A stretch of 32,000 nucleotides of DNA, taken from positions 3,480,001 through 3,512,000 of the forward strand of contig NC_020304.1 of assembly GCF_000341395.1 (NCBI RefSeq), given 5' to 3'. This stretch comes from Desulfocapsa sulfexigens DSM 10523 (GTDB lineage: Bacteria; Desulfobacterota; Desulfobulbia; Desulfobulbales; Desulfocapsaceae). The notes beneath the pieces are model-generated. The model was not told where the DNA came from, ran no database searches, and saw nothing but the letters and a program-made list of their open reading frames with translations. Of the stretch, positions 1 to 9,403 are shown in pieces. How positions within the stretch are numbered: position 1 is the stretch's first letter; each line of letters starts with the position of its first letter. The position numbers were made by a program, and so were the translations under genes.

Positions 1-2
1 CA

Positions 3-749
3 TCGGGATACACCCATCGCAGTGGCCGAACAGGAAGAGCCGGGCGCAAAGGGATATCCATCGCCATCATCGCTTCAAATGAACAGTACCGCCTTCGATT
101 GATCGAAAATAAAATACAGAAAAAATTTATTCAGTGCAGAATCCCGACTGGAGAGGAAATCTGCAGAAAACAATTAATCAACCAGATCGATACCGTCATG
201 GATGTAAAGGTAAACCATGACCAGATTGCGCCTTTGTATGAAGAAATTGCTGAGAAACTAGCCCACCTCGATCGTGAAGCCCTGATTAAACAATTTGTTT
301 CACTCGAATTCAACCGCTTTCTCGAATACTACAAAAATGCAACCGATTTGAATATTAGTTCAACCCAAAAAGACGGTCGAGGCAGAACGGAAAGAGCTCC
401 TGGAGAATTACAGAAGGACCTACTGCACCCCAAAAACAAATTCACCACTTTCAGTATAAATGTTGGGAGGCGCCAGGGTATAATGCCACAGGGGGTGATT
501 GGGAAAATAAATGCAATTCAGGATGTTGGTAGGATAAAGATTGGAAAGATAGAAATATTGAGAAACTCAGCGACCATTGAAGCGGACAGTCGTTACACCG
601 CTCAGATACTCGCAGCCTTTCAGCGTTCTGAAATAAACGGAAAGACGATCTCTATAGAAATCACAAAATCCAAAGGTCCTTCAAAAGCCTATGCAGGAAA
701 ACGTAAGGGCAATTTTCACCGTAGAGAGCGAAAGCCACAAGCCGCCTAA
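3..749 (+). CDS. DEAD-box ATP-dependent RNA helicase, C-terminal part (5' end lies outside the window), with a DbpA-type RNA-binding tail
   Basis: Frame 3 is open from the window edge and reads SGYTHRSGRTGRAGRKGISIAIIA (helicase motif VI, HRxGRTGRAG) directly into the track ORF 99..749. The C-terminal FSINVGRRQGIMPQGVIGKI...IGKIEI segment resembles a DbpA RNA-binding domain and is followed by a basic tail. Confidence 0.85.
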   Translation, partial: SGYTHRSGRTGRAGRKGISIAIIASNEQYRLRLIENKIQKKFIQCRIPTGEEICRKQLINQIDTVMDVKVNHDQIAPLYEEIAEKLAHLDREALIKQFVSLEFNRFLEYYKNATDLNISSTQKDGRGRTERAPGELQKDLLHPKNKFTTFSINVGRRQGIMPQGVIGKINAIQDVGRIKIGKIEILRNSATIEADSRYTAQILAAFQRSEINGKTISIEITKSKGPSKAYAGKRKGNFHRRERKPQAA

Positions 750-768
750 GCATTCAGCGACAGAGAAT

Positions 769-807
769 CTGCAACAGGGTTCACCAACCACTTGATCCCT
801 GTTGCAG
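769..807. terminator. Hairpin between convergent genes (11-bp stem CTGCAACAGGG/CCCTGTTGCAG, 17-nt loop); possible terminator
   Basis: A perfect inverted repeat was read at 769-779 and 797-807, between the helicase stop (749) and the phasin-like stop (822). No clean U-tract follows on either strand. Confidence 0.4.
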
Positions 808-821
808 TAAAAACTCTGCTT

Positions 822-1127
822 TTATGACTCCCTGGATTTTAGAGCCTCACGTAGCTCCGCTATCTCTTGTTTCAGCACATTCATTTCACTTTTTTTGGCA
901 AGATCCATTTTTTTCAGAATTTCCTCTACTTTTTCCCCTATCTGTTTCTGGAGTTCCTGTCGTGACTCTTCGGAGCGAGTGACAAGGTCTTTGACCAGAT
1001 CCTTCCCTTCCTGTTCCGTCATTTTTCCTTTTTCAACAAAATCCTTGGCAACTTCTTCCAGTTTCTCTTTGGTTAGGGCAGCTACCCCGACACCTGCCAA
1101 TAATGTTTTCTTTACCAATTCAATCAT
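822..1127 (-). CDS. Phasin-like small coiled-coil protein (COG3937-type PHA synthesis regulator/phasin family)
   Basis: The translation MIELVKKTLLAGVGVAALTKEKLEEVAKDFVEKGKMTEQEGKDLV... is typical of this family. I chose the ATG at 1127 rather than the track start 1184 because it follows AAAGGAGAAGGGA and overlaps the dus stop codon (ATGATTGA). Confidence 0.6.
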   Translation of the reverse strand: MIELVKKTLLAGVGVAALTKEKLEEVAKDFVEKGKMTEQEGKDLVKDLVTRSEESRQELQKQIGEKVEEILKKMDLAKKSEMNVLKQEIAELREALKSRES

Positions 1128-2190
1128 TCCCTTCTCCTTTAACGGTTTCAAAAAACTTTGCTGCGATTTCGGCCGCCTCGACAACAGATCTGCAGTTCTG
1201 CACTCCTGTGGCCAAGTGATGGCCGAAGGAAAAATTTGAACTATAATAATGAGTAAACTGTTTTAAACGCCCGAGACACCGTTCCGGTAAAAAACGATCC
1301 TGCAACAACTCAATAAAACGAAAATATATATTTTTTACATTGTGTTCAGTTGAGATATTAAAATTGTATACCTCTTTGGCGATATTTGCAAACAGCCAGG
1401 GCCTGCATACTGCCCCCCTGCCTATCATCAGTCCATCTGCACCCGACTGTTCCAGACAGTTTCTGGCATCATTGACAGAAAAGATCCCTCCATTTGCAAT
1501 CACAGGTATTTTTACTGTTTTCTTTACCTTTCCAATCCAATCCCAACGTGGTCGTCTGCAAAACTTCTCTCCCTGCAAACGTCCATGAACCGTTAACAGA
1601 TCAACACCTTCGGCCTCAAGCATTTGACAAAATCGCAACAATCTCTTTTCATCCAGCTGTGCTCCAAGCCGTATTTTCGCACTGATGGGAAGATGGGTAA
1701 CTGCCCTTAGAGAACGTACGGTCTGCTGAGCAACATCGGGAGGCGTGAAGGAGCCAGCCCCTAATTTGCGGAGGGCAGGAGCGGGACACCCTAAATTTAA
1801 ATCAATCCCTTGAGCATTGAGGAGATGAAGCCTCTCCACTGCAGGAACTATGTCCTGATCTGGTCCTGCAAATATCTGATAAAAAAAAGGGGTCTCTTCT
1901 TGAGTACGGCATAGAAATGGAGAGACTGTTTCATTCTCGAAAGGAAGTCTTTGAACCGAAAGCATTTCACTGAAAAACAGGCCAATTCCACCTAACTCCA
2001 GAATTAGAATCCGAAGAGCTGAATGTGAAAGACCAACCATGGGGGCAAGAGCCAATGGCGGATTGCACTGCAGGTAGGGGGATACAAGAGAGTCATTCTT
2101 ATCAGAAGATGAACCGATACAGAGTGAATGCTTGTGGCACATATCAGGCGGCATGTCCTTTCCTTTCGATCCAGCCTCTTCAAAAAGCAA
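1120..2190 (-). CDS. tRNA-dihydrouridine synthase (Dus family, FMN-dependent)
   Basis: The translation contains LAPMVGLSHSALRILILELGG and the catalytic-Cys motif IDLNLGCPAP, plus a TIM-barrel-like FMN region (ISAKIRLG, VIANGGI). The start codon is uncertain because the N-terminus is long. Confidence 0.85.
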   Translation of the reverse strand: MLFEEAGSKGKDMPPDMCHKHSLCIGSSSDKNDSLVSPYLQCNPPLALAPMVGLSHSALRILILELGGIGLFFSEMLSVQRLPFENETVSPFLCRTQEETPFFYQIFAGPDQDIVPAVERLHLLNAQGIDLNLGCPAPALRKLGAGSFTPPDVAQQTVRSLRAVTHLPISAKIRLGAQLDEKRLLRFCQMLEAEGVDLLTVHGRLQGEKFCRRPRWDWIGKVKKTVKIPVIANGGIFSVNDARNCLEQSGADGLMIGRGAVCRPWLFANIAKEVYNFNISTEHNVKNIYFRFIELLQDRFLPERCLGRLKQFTHYYSSNFSFGHHLATGVQNCRSVVEAAEIAAKFFETVKGEGND

Positions 2191-2193
2191 CGC

Positions 2194-4590
2194 TTATGAC
2201 CTGCCAATAATATGTTTTACAATATCCTGCCCGATTATTTCATCAAGTTGTACATGTACAGAATATTCAGCTTCACCCTGGCCTTGAAAACGAACGGCAA
2301 CAATTACACCCTTTGTGTCTATCGGCTCAATCCCTTTAACTGTTATATTGGTTTTTATACCTCTTCCGAGTAAAAGCCTGGCATTTTCTTTTCTGGAGAT
2401 TTTGATAAAAAAAGAGAATCCACCACAGGAAATATCAACAATCTCTCCGTTAAAACTTCTCATACTTGCGTTACCATATTCATCGAGCAAGGTGTGTTTA
2501 ACAAGAAGTGACACGGGAAAACGAGGGTACTGACGGCGATCCTCGCCTGACATTTTAAGAAGTTTCGGTACTGTTTCGGCCTTCGAACAATAATTGATGA
2601 GACAAGACTCAATCCCTGGAAATTGTTCTATCAATTCAAGGAATACTTCTCTTTCAAGAACGTGTATTTTTGTTGTCCCGATTGCTGTCAGTGCTACAGT
2701 CCAGATTGACACATCAAAAAACGGTGTGGTTCCTATAATTTCTCCGGGCCCAACCTTTTTGAGAAAGACCTCATCCTGACCTCTCCAACAGGTTAATCTT
2801 GCCTGACCTGAATTAATAAAATAAAGCAATGGACTGTTTGCACCCTGTTCAACTATAATTGTCCCTGTATCATATTCTCTTGATTTAAGAGCTTCATAAA
2901 GAGCATTAAATTCATCAGTGGTAAGAGAATCATACAAATCCTGCCAGATACTGATATGACTTGTGGTAACAGATGAGGAGCGTTCCTCTTCAATGCGTTC
3001 CCCAGCCTTTATAACTTCCGCCAGTGCGTTTGGATCTACTTCAAGAATGCGATCCCTCAGCATTTCAGCAGCTTCAAATCTCTTCTCTTCTGCCGCTTCA
3101 ATACATTTTTTATAGAGCAATTCACTGGCATCAGCTACCTGCCCTTTCCCGAGAAGAACAGCTACCTCTTCATTTATCATCTGCACCTGACGCAGAGCAG
3201 GATTTTTAACCGATGGATCATTGTCAAAGGAGACATTGTCATCGGGAGGCTCAGGTTCTAGATTTACGGATTGTTTAGGGAGTTCTTTTTTGGAAAAACG
3301 AGGCTGAAGGATGTGAAGCGAATTGCGTGCAGCACGGGACACAGGATCGACCTGAGGATCATATTTAACACTCCGCTCCTCCAGGAGCATGGTAAGAAGA
3401 TTTACTGCTCGAATGGAGTCACTGAGCCGAACATGTATTGCCAGACTTTCGAGTAATTCGTCACGAACATTGGGAGAGAAAGTATCACGCCGGGCAAGAA
3501 GATCGAGAAAGGCATCAACAACCTCCAGGCCTCCCAACTTGCCAAGATGGCTGATAAGACCTGCTTTCAGGTTATCATCAACCACTGGTAACGCTGCAAG
3601 CAGATAGCCGCCAGGGTTGGTAACGGCAACTTCATTGATACAATCGATAACCTGTTGCTGAATGCGAATATCCTCATGGGAGAGACATGGCATGATAAGT
3701 GGTATCAGATTTTCATCATCCATTGCTGTTATCATCAGAATGATGTTACGAATTCCGTACCAGGGAAGTTTTTTCTGGAGGTATTCCTTTAAAACTGGAA
3801 CTGCAGCGTAACCTGTTGCAGGAATGAGCCCAACCAGACGAAGCCTGTCTTCTTTTTCCTGACAATTTAACAGGGTTTCAAGGAGGTGGATCGCAGCCTT
3901 ACGTCCAAGATGAACAAGAATCTGTTCTGCATACTGTCTTCTTTCACCACGTCCTCTGAGGCAAACAATAGTTAATTCCTCGAGTACATAGTCAGTGGCC
4001 ATTGCCTCTTGAGATCTCCCGACAATACTTCTTATTGCATTACTTTTTTCGTTCACTCCCGACTGAATCTGGTAAAAAATTTCCAGAAGAACACCACACT
4101 CCTTCCAGAGTCCTTCTTCAAACATCCGTATGCCATTTTCCTGCAACTGTTTACAGACGATACCGCAAACGGAAAGGAAAAGTGTCTCAGCACGAAGCCA
4201 ACGCAGAAGGATCCCGGTAATCACATCAATAAGATCACGATGCTCTTCCCGATTGAGTCCTCCCATACATAAGCTGAGTGCCATCACAGCACGCTCACGT
4301 ACATTGGGGTTTTCGGAACAGGCACAATCTCCGAGCTGTTCAAACAATTTTTTTACACGATCCCGGTTGCCGGTTGCGCTATAGACAGAGATAAGTTCAG
4401 GAAGCTTTCCCATAAACTCATCGTTGAGAAGAACTTCACTGTTACCATTCTCCAGATCAAGAACAAGCTTCAGCAATCTGCGTTCAGCACGCTGTTGTTC
4501 CTCTTTTGCGAGAAGCTTCCTGGCATTTTCCTGAGCTTCTCTCTGTTTTTTTATATCTATGTCCATAAATCCCGACGAATATTTTCTCAA
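2194..4590 (-). CDS. Multidomain signalling protein: N-terminal alpha-helical (HEAT/ARM-like) repeats, a cyclic-nucleotide-binding-like domain and a C-terminal PilZ domain
   Basis: The 798-aa ORF has a cNMP-binding-like fold segment (IIVEQGANSPLLYFINSGQARL...VGPGEIIGTTPFF). Its C-terminus carries the PilZ signature RRQYPR (RRxxxR) and DISCGG (DxSxxG). The HEAT-like call for the first ~550 aa is inference from its helical repeat character. Confidence 0.75.
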   Translation of the reverse strand: MRKYSSGFMDIDIKKQREAQENARKLLAKEEQQRAERRLLKLVLDLENGNSEVLLNDEFMGKLPELISVYSATGNRDRVKKLFEQLGDCACSENPNVRERAVMALSLCMGGLNREEHRDLIDVITGILLRWLRAETLFLSVCGIVCKQLQENGIRMFEEGLWKECGVLLEIFYQIQSGVNEKSNAIRSIVGRSQEAMATDYVLEELTIVCLRGRGERRQYAEQILVHLGRKAAIHLLETLLNCQEKEDRLRLVGLIPATGYAAVPVLKEYLQKKLPWYGIRNIILMITAMDDENLIPLIMPCLSHEDIRIQQQVIDCINEVAVTNPGGYLLAALPVVDDNLKAGLISHLGKLGGLEVVDAFLDLLARRDTFSPNVRDELLESLAIHVRLSDSIRAVNLLTMLLEERSVKYDPQVDPVSRAARNSLHILQPRFSKKELPKQSVNLEPEPPDDNVSFDNDPSVKNPALRQVQMINEEVAVLLGKGQVADASELLYKKCIEAAEEKRFEAAEMLRDRILEVDPNALAEVIKAGERIEEERSSSVTTSHISIWQDLYDSLTTDEFNALYEALKSREYDTGTIIVEQGANSPLLYFINSGQARLTCWRGQDEVFLKKVGPGEIIGTTPFFDVSIWTVALTAIGTTKIHVLEREVFLELIEQFPGIESCLINYCSKAETVPKLLKMSGEDRRQYPRFPVSLLVKHTLLDEYGNASMRSFNGEIVDISCGGFSFFIKISRKENARLLLGRGIKTNITVKGIEPIDTKGVIVAVRFQGQGEAEYSVHVQLDEIIGQDIVKHIIGRS

Positions 4591-4684
4591 GCAGCAGCGA
4601 TTAACGACAATTTCTATATTTTCAGACAGTTACGCAAAGCCACACAAAAATCGTATCATATCAGACGCCAATTGGGAACAACAA

Positions 4685-5314
4685 TTACTTACACGGAGAA
4701 CCACCAGTACGTAAAAGATCCTTCCGAAGCTTTCTCAAGTCGGCCATATCCTCAATACCAAGAAGAGAACGAAGCCGCGAAGATTCATTTTCAGCCTCCG
4801 GGTAGTCGTACTCAGCGGCCAGACTAAACCAGGCAAGGGCTTTTAACAGTGACTGCGGTACCCCTTTCCCCTTTTCGTATAGAGTTGCCAGAAAAAATTG
4901 TGCGGCGGGCCAATCCTTATGAGCAGCGCAGGCATACCAGCAGGCGGCCTTGTGTATATCTTTTTTTACTCTATTGCCATATTCATACTTCAGGCCGAGG
5001 TACAAACATGCACCAGCAACACCAGCCTTAGCGGCTTTTTCAAGCCAGATTACGGATTGCTCAGGATCGCGCTCTATTGTATCAGTTCCGTATTCATAGA
5101 GCAATGCAAGAGCGTACTGAGCCTGAGAATCTCCATCCTCTGCAGCCAAAAGCACATCTGCCTCGTAACTGTGTTCACTGGCGCCCCCGTGACAGGAAAA
5201 CAGGAGCACAAGTACAAAACAAAAACAGCCGCTAGCCCTGACAAAAAAAGGACTAACGGCTGATAGGTATGAAATATGTTTTGACAATTTACTGGATTGG
5301 CTCTCCAAAGGCAT
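4685..5314 (-). CDS. Sel1-like (SLR/TPR-type) repeat protein with an N-terminal signal or lipoprotein-like sequence
   Basis: Repeated Sel1-type motifs are present (AQYALALLYEYG, WLEKAAKAGVAGACLYLGLKYEYG, WYACAAHKDWPAAQFFLATLYEKGKG, WFSLAAEYDYPEAE), with a hydrophobic N-terminus FCFVLVLLFSC. The start is uncertain: ATG 5314 overlaps the upstream gene by 26 nt, and an alternative TTG lies at 5287. Confidence 0.72.
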   Translation of the reverse strand: MPLESQSSKLSKHISYLSAVSPFFVRASGCFCFVLVLLFSCHGGASEHSYEADVLLAAEDGDSQAQYALALLYEYGTDTIERDPEQSVIWLEKAAKAGVAGACLYLGLKYEYGNRVKKDIHKAACWYACAAHKDWPAAQFFLATLYEKGKGVPQSLLKALAWFSLAAEYDYPEAENESSRLRSLLGIEDMADLRKLRKDLLRTGGSPCK

Positions 5315-5786
5315 TCAGGGCCCTGGCGGCAGTTACATCAACAGTCACATACATGGTTAATGTCGTGTCAGACATTGCCCCATTGGGTTCTATATTCATC
5401 ATACAGGTTTTATTTGGTTTGGTGAAAGCAAGAATCACATTTTGGCTGGAGACTTCACCAGCAAGTTTCCACTTGTTTTTCTTCATTGAGGCAATGATGA
5501 ACTCTTTCAGAGAATGCATTTCAACACGTCCGGTATAATGAATAATTCCTCCACGAAAAGAACTTGTCTTGATGGACATACTATTTTTGGGGTTATATTT
5601 CATCTCAGAGGGAAGCTCAATATCCTCATAGTTTCCAACAGTGCTGCTAATAGCAAGGCTGCCATCGGTTCCGGCCATGGAAGTATCTGTCTGGGTGGTA
5701 CCGGGCATACAGCCAGTGAAAGTGAGAAGCACTAGAGCAAGTAAACTAACAACAACCCCTTGATACTGATGTTTTCCATATTTCAT
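5289..5786 (-). CDS. Putative lipoprotein of unknown function
   Basis: The N-terminus MKYGKHQYQGVVVSLLALVLLTFTGC has a lipobox-like LTFTG|C. GGAG lies upstream of the ATG (ggaatggagaaaagattATG). Confidence 0.6.
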   Translation of the reverse strand: MKYGKHQYQGVVVSLLALVLLTFTGCMPGTTQTDTSMAGTDGSLAISSTVGNYEDIELPSEMKYNPKNSMSIKTSSFRGGIIHYTGRVEMHSLKEFIIASMKKNKWKLAGEVSSQNVILAFTKPNKTCMMNIEPNGAMSDTTLTMYVTVDVTAARALNAFGEPIQ

Positions 5787-5940
5787 AATCTTTTCTCCAT
5801 TCCTTCAGTTTTCCAGCATTTTGCCGTATTCAAGATAAATAAAATCAACATTCTCTTTCTTTTTTTATCATTACAAGTAGATACTTCAGAGAGTCACTTT
5901 TGTCGAGTATTTTCCAGTCATACTGACCTAGAAACCAGGG

Positions 5941-7392
5941 TCAATTCAGACCTCCCAGGCACATATATTTTATTTCAAGATATTCTTCAATTCCATACTT
6001 TGAGCCCTCCCGTCCTATTCCAGATTCCTTCATTCCACCAAAAGGAGCGGCTTCGGAGGAAAGAATCCCCGTATTCACACCCACCATCCCATATTCAAGC
6101 GCCTCCGTAACCCTCCAGCATCGTGCTATATCCTGACTGAAAAAATATGAGGCGAGTCCATATTCGGAGTCATTGGCCATAGCCACCCCTTCGGACTCTT
6201 CCTTAAAGACAAAGATTGGAGCCACGGGGCCAAAGGTTTCTTCTCGTGCAATTTTCATATCTGTGGTTACGTTCATAAGGATGGTTGGTTCAAAGAAATA
6301 TCCACTCTCTCCCCACCGCTTTCCTCCAGCCAGTAGAGTTGCCCCCTTATCACACGCATCCTTAATCTGCTCTTCTACCTTGAGAATAGCGTTTAAATCA
6401 ATCAGCGGTCCCTGATTCACATCTTTATCGAATCCGGACCCCACTCGCAACTGTTCCTTCACAGCTACAGTCAATTTTTCAGCAAAACGTTGATACACGC
6501 CTTCCTGAACAATAAAACGATTGGTACAGACACAGGTCTGTCCTGAATTTCTATATTTAGACGCTACAGCATCTCTGACAGCCGCATCAATATCAGCATC
6601 ATCAAACACAATAAAAGGTGCATGACCACCAAGCTCAAGGGAAACCTTTTTTACTGTATTACTGCAGGCGGCCATCAGCTTCTTTCCCACCGGCGTTGAT
6701 CCGGTAAAACTGAGCTTCCTGATTATTGCACTACTGGTGAACTCTTCGCCGATAGTACGTGCGGGGCCAGTGATCACATTAAAAACTCCCTTTGGAATTC
6801 CGGCACGGTCTGCGAGTTCCGCCAAGGCAAGTGCTGAAAATGGAGTCTGAGCGGCAGGCTTGACGACAATACTGCAGCCAGCAGCAAGTGCCGGTGCAGC
6901 TTTTCTTGTGATCATGGCTGAAGGAAAGTTCCAGGGGGTGATGGCAGCGCAAACTCCAACCGGTTCCTTGAGTACAACAATTCTTTTTCCTTTTTGAGAC
7001 ATTGGAATTGTGTCGCCGTATACACGCTTTGCCTCTTCAGCAAACCATTCAACATAGGAAGCACCATAAAGAACCTCACCCTCTGCCTCAGCAAGCGGTT
7101 TTCCCTGTTCACTGGTCATTATGTAGGCAAGATCCTCTTTATGAGCGACAATAAGGTCAAACCATCTCCTGAGATAATCGGAACGTTCCTTGGCCGTCAG
7201 ATTTTTCCAGATGACATACGCATCCTTTGCAGCTTCGATAACTCCTCTTGTCTCCTCTGCTCCAAATGAAGGGACTGAACCAAGGACACTGTTATCCGCA
7301 GGATTGAGTACTTCAATTGTCTTCTCTGCTGTAACCCACTTTCCATTCAGATAGCATTGCTGCCTGAATAAATCAGAATTCTGTAACTTCAT
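5941..7392 (-). CDS. gabD: NAD(P)+-dependent succinate-semialdehyde dehydrogenase
   Basis: The protein is near-collinear with my recollection of E. coli GabD: MKLQNSDLFRQQCYLNGKWV, ITPWNFPSAMITRKAAPALAAGC, the catalytic-Glu motif SLELGGHAPFIVFDDAD, the catalytic-Cys motif GQTCVCTNR, and the C-terminus EGSKYGIEEYLEIKYMCLG. I took the start at MKLQNS (7392) rather than the track start 7404. Confidence 0.9.
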   Translation of the reverse strand: MKLQNSDLFRQQCYLNGKWVTAEKTIEVLNPADNSVLGSVPSFGAEETRGVIEAAKDAYVIWKNLTAKERSDYLRRWFDLIVAHKEDLAYIMTSEQGKPLAEAEGEVLYGASYVEWFAEEAKRVYGDTIPMSQKGKRIVVLKEPVGVCAAITPWNFPSAMITRKAAPALAAGCSIVVKPAAQTPFSALALAELADRAGIPKGVFNVITGPARTIGEEFTSSAIIRKLSFTGSTPVGKKLMAACSNTVKKVSLELGGHAPFIVFDDADIDAAVRDAVASKYRNSGQTCVCTNRFIVQEGVYQRFAEKLTVAVKEQLRVGSGFDKDVNQGPLIDLNAILKVEEQIKDACDKGATLLAGGKRWGESGYFFEPTILMNVTTDMKIAREETFGPVAPIFVFKEESEGVAMANDSEYGLASYFFSQDIARCWRVTEALEYGMVGVNTGILSSEAAPFGGMKESGIGREGSKYGIEEYLEIKYMCLGGLN

Positions 7393-7593
7393 ACCATACC
7401 TCATTAAATACTATCAAATAGTGGGCCAAGAAATGACTCCAACCGTATTGTATAAAAAAATCTAACAGCCAGGTATCTATTTTTTCCTTAACGCAGTTGC
7501 TGCTCGACAAGAAATACCTGGTCGTATAGAGTGTTTCCCATCGCACATCCACAGGACACTTTTTTCCTCCTTTATATGCATAACATGCAGACA

Positions 7594-7821
7594 ATGAGCA
7601 CTCCAACACCGATAGACATTCATAAAGAGCCAATACGCCTAAGTCAGTTCCTTAAACTTGCCAATGTTGTCCAGGATGGGCTTCATGCTAAAATACGGAT
7701 CACCGAGGGTGAGGTCATGGTGAATGGAAAGCCTGAAACACGCCGGGGACGAAAACTTGTTGCAAACGATCTCGTTGAAATCGACAATATAATTTTTCGG
7801 GTAAAAACAGCAGACAAATAA
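7594..7821 (+). CDS. Small S4-domain RNA-binding protein (YbcJ family)
   Basis: The sequence IRLSQFLKLANVVQDGLHAKIRITEGEVMVNGKPETRRGRKLVANDLVEI matches the S4/YbcJ pattern. The track ORF starts at a GTG (7531); in-frame ATGs at 7576, 7585 and 7594 are alternatives. I chose 7594 for its family-typical ~75 aa length. Confidence 0.6.
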   Translation: MSTPTPIDIHKEPIRLSQFLKLANVVQDGLHAKIRITEGEVMVNGKPETRRGRKLVANDLVEIDNIIFRVKTADK

Positions 7822-7840
7822 AAATTTGCTTGCAGTTGAT

Positions 7841-9403
7841 TCAGGGAAGAATCACCTGATCGGCCTGTATGGAGTAGAGTTTTACCGCTCGTTCCACACC
7901 ACGTAACTTTCTGACATCTTCTTCTCGTATGGGAAAATTCCCCTTCACATCCCTGTACACAGAATCGGTTATCAAAATCTGACCAGATTCAGTTGAATCG
8001 GCCAGGCGTTGTGCAATATTGACATCCGTACCAATTACAGTGTAATCAAGCCTTCTTGATGACCCTACATTTCCGTGAAAAACCTCTCCCCTGCTAATAC
8101 CTATTCCCAAGCCAAGCTGTTTAAACACAGGGGACTTTTTCAGCCACTTGCATCGTAATTGTTCAAAGCCCTGAGAAAGCTCAACGGCAGTGCACACTGC
8201 GGCATTTGACGGTTCGTCAAGTTCAATGGGAGCACCGAAGGCAACAAGAGCTGCATCTCCCATAAATTTATCAAGAGTTCCTTTCCAGGAAAAAGCCACT
8301 TCAGCAAAGAGATCAAAAAATTCAGTCAGAAAGAGATGGATATCCTTATGAGAAAGATGTTGAACGGCAAGGGTAAAATTTCGGATATCAGCAAACAGGA
8401 CAGTTATCTCTCTGACACCTCCAATTTTCATAATATTTTCACCGGACTTCAGCAGGATTTCGGCAACTTCCGGAGCGACATACTGTTCAAAGAGGGCTTT
8501 GGTACGAACATTCTGCTCGTGCTCCTTAATATATGCCACATTCTCAAGTGCCATAACTGCCTGACTGCAGATTACGGACAGCAGTTCCAGATCCGATTGG
8601 CTGTACTCAACATTCCTGGCAGTCTGACTGATGTTTAAAACTCCAAGAACCTGAGTTCGGCCAACAAGAGGAAAAGATATTGACGCTGCAATCTCTTCAC
8701 GCTTCAGATATTGTGAAAGCGGAGACTGTTCCTGGGTCAGCTTGTTCAAAATAACCGGTTCACCATGCTTATAAACCCAACCGGCAATTTTTTCTCCTGA
8801 CCTGACAGCAACGGATGCAGCGACAGCTCTATCAATACCTCTGGATGCTACGATGTGGAGACAGCTATCTTCCTTCACAAACATCATAAGTGACATTGAA
8901 GGAACTTTTATTTGCCGAGAGACGGCGTCGAGGAGAAGTTCATAGACCTCCTGCAGAGAGTTGGCAGCATTAAACTTTTCACCAAGTTTATACAGGGGCA
9001 GAATGGTTTTGAGGCGTGTGTTTTCTTCACGCAGGGCTGCTATGGCCAATGTTTCCTGGACAGTATTCACCAGGGTCCTGGCGTCCAGCGGTTTCTGGAG
9101 TACTCCGCTCAACCCTCTGTTCATTGCCGTCACCACCATATCCAAATCAGCATGACCAGACACAAGTAGTCCTGTAATTCCAGGGTCTGTCTGTCTAATA
9201 GTGTCAAAGGTTTCAACACCTGTCATCCCGGGAAGCATTGCGTCAACAATTATCAGATCAAACTTGTTAATCATTGCCATCTCCACTGCCTGTTCACCGC
9301 TATGGGCACAGACAACCTCATAACCACTATCTCCAAGAGCCATGCGACTTACATCAGCAATAGAGGCCTCGTAGGCTACAACAAGAATCTTCTGAGGGGA
9401 CAT
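7841..9403 (-). CDS. Response-regulator receiver, GAF and class III adenylate/guanylate cyclase domains (likely adenylate cyclase)
   Basis: The REC domain has LIIVDAMLPGMTG (phospho-Asp), VSG and QKP. A GAF-like middle region follows. The cyclase domain has both metal-binding Asp residues (VLFADIRNF, FMGDAALVAFG), the substrate Lys (DKFMGD) and the transition-state residues N/R (VNIAQRL). The start was taken at MSPQKILVV (9403). Confidence 0.85.
   Translation of the reverse strand: MSPQKILVVAYEASIADVSRMALGDSGYEVVCAHSGEQAVEMAMINKFDLIIVDAMLPGMTGVETFDTIRQTDPGITGLLVSGHADLDMVVTAMNRGLSGVLQKPLDARTLVNTVQETLAIAALREENTRLKTILPLYKLGEKFNAANSLQEVYELLLDAVSRQIKVPSMSLMMFVKEDSCLHIVASRGIDRAVAASVAVRSGEKIAGWVYKHGEPVILNKLTQEQSPLSQYLKREEIAASISFPLVGRTQVLGVLNISQTARNVEYSQSDLELLSVICSQAVMALENVAYIKEHEQNVRTKALFEQYVAPEVAEILLKSGENIMKIGGVREITVLFADIRNFTLAVQHLSHKDIHLFLTEFFDLFAEVAFSWKGTLDKFMGDAALVAFGAPIELDEPSNAAVCTAVELSQGFEQLRCKWLKKSPVFKQLGLGIGISRGEVFHGNVGSSRRLDYTVIGTDVNIAQRLADSTESGQILITDSVYRDVKGNFPIREEDVRKLRGVERAVKLYSIQADQVILP

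Noticed and set aside
895-1239. 114-aa plus-strand ORF
   Set aside because: It is antisense to the phasin-like gene and the 3' end of dus. The translation is low-complexity and Ser/Phe-rich.
7373-7633. 86-aa minus-strand ORF with a Cys-rich N-terminus, spanning the gabD/ybcJ-like divergent region
   Set aside because: It overlaps both the gabD 5' end and the S4-protein gene. It has no SD and no recognisable family, so it is probably spurious.
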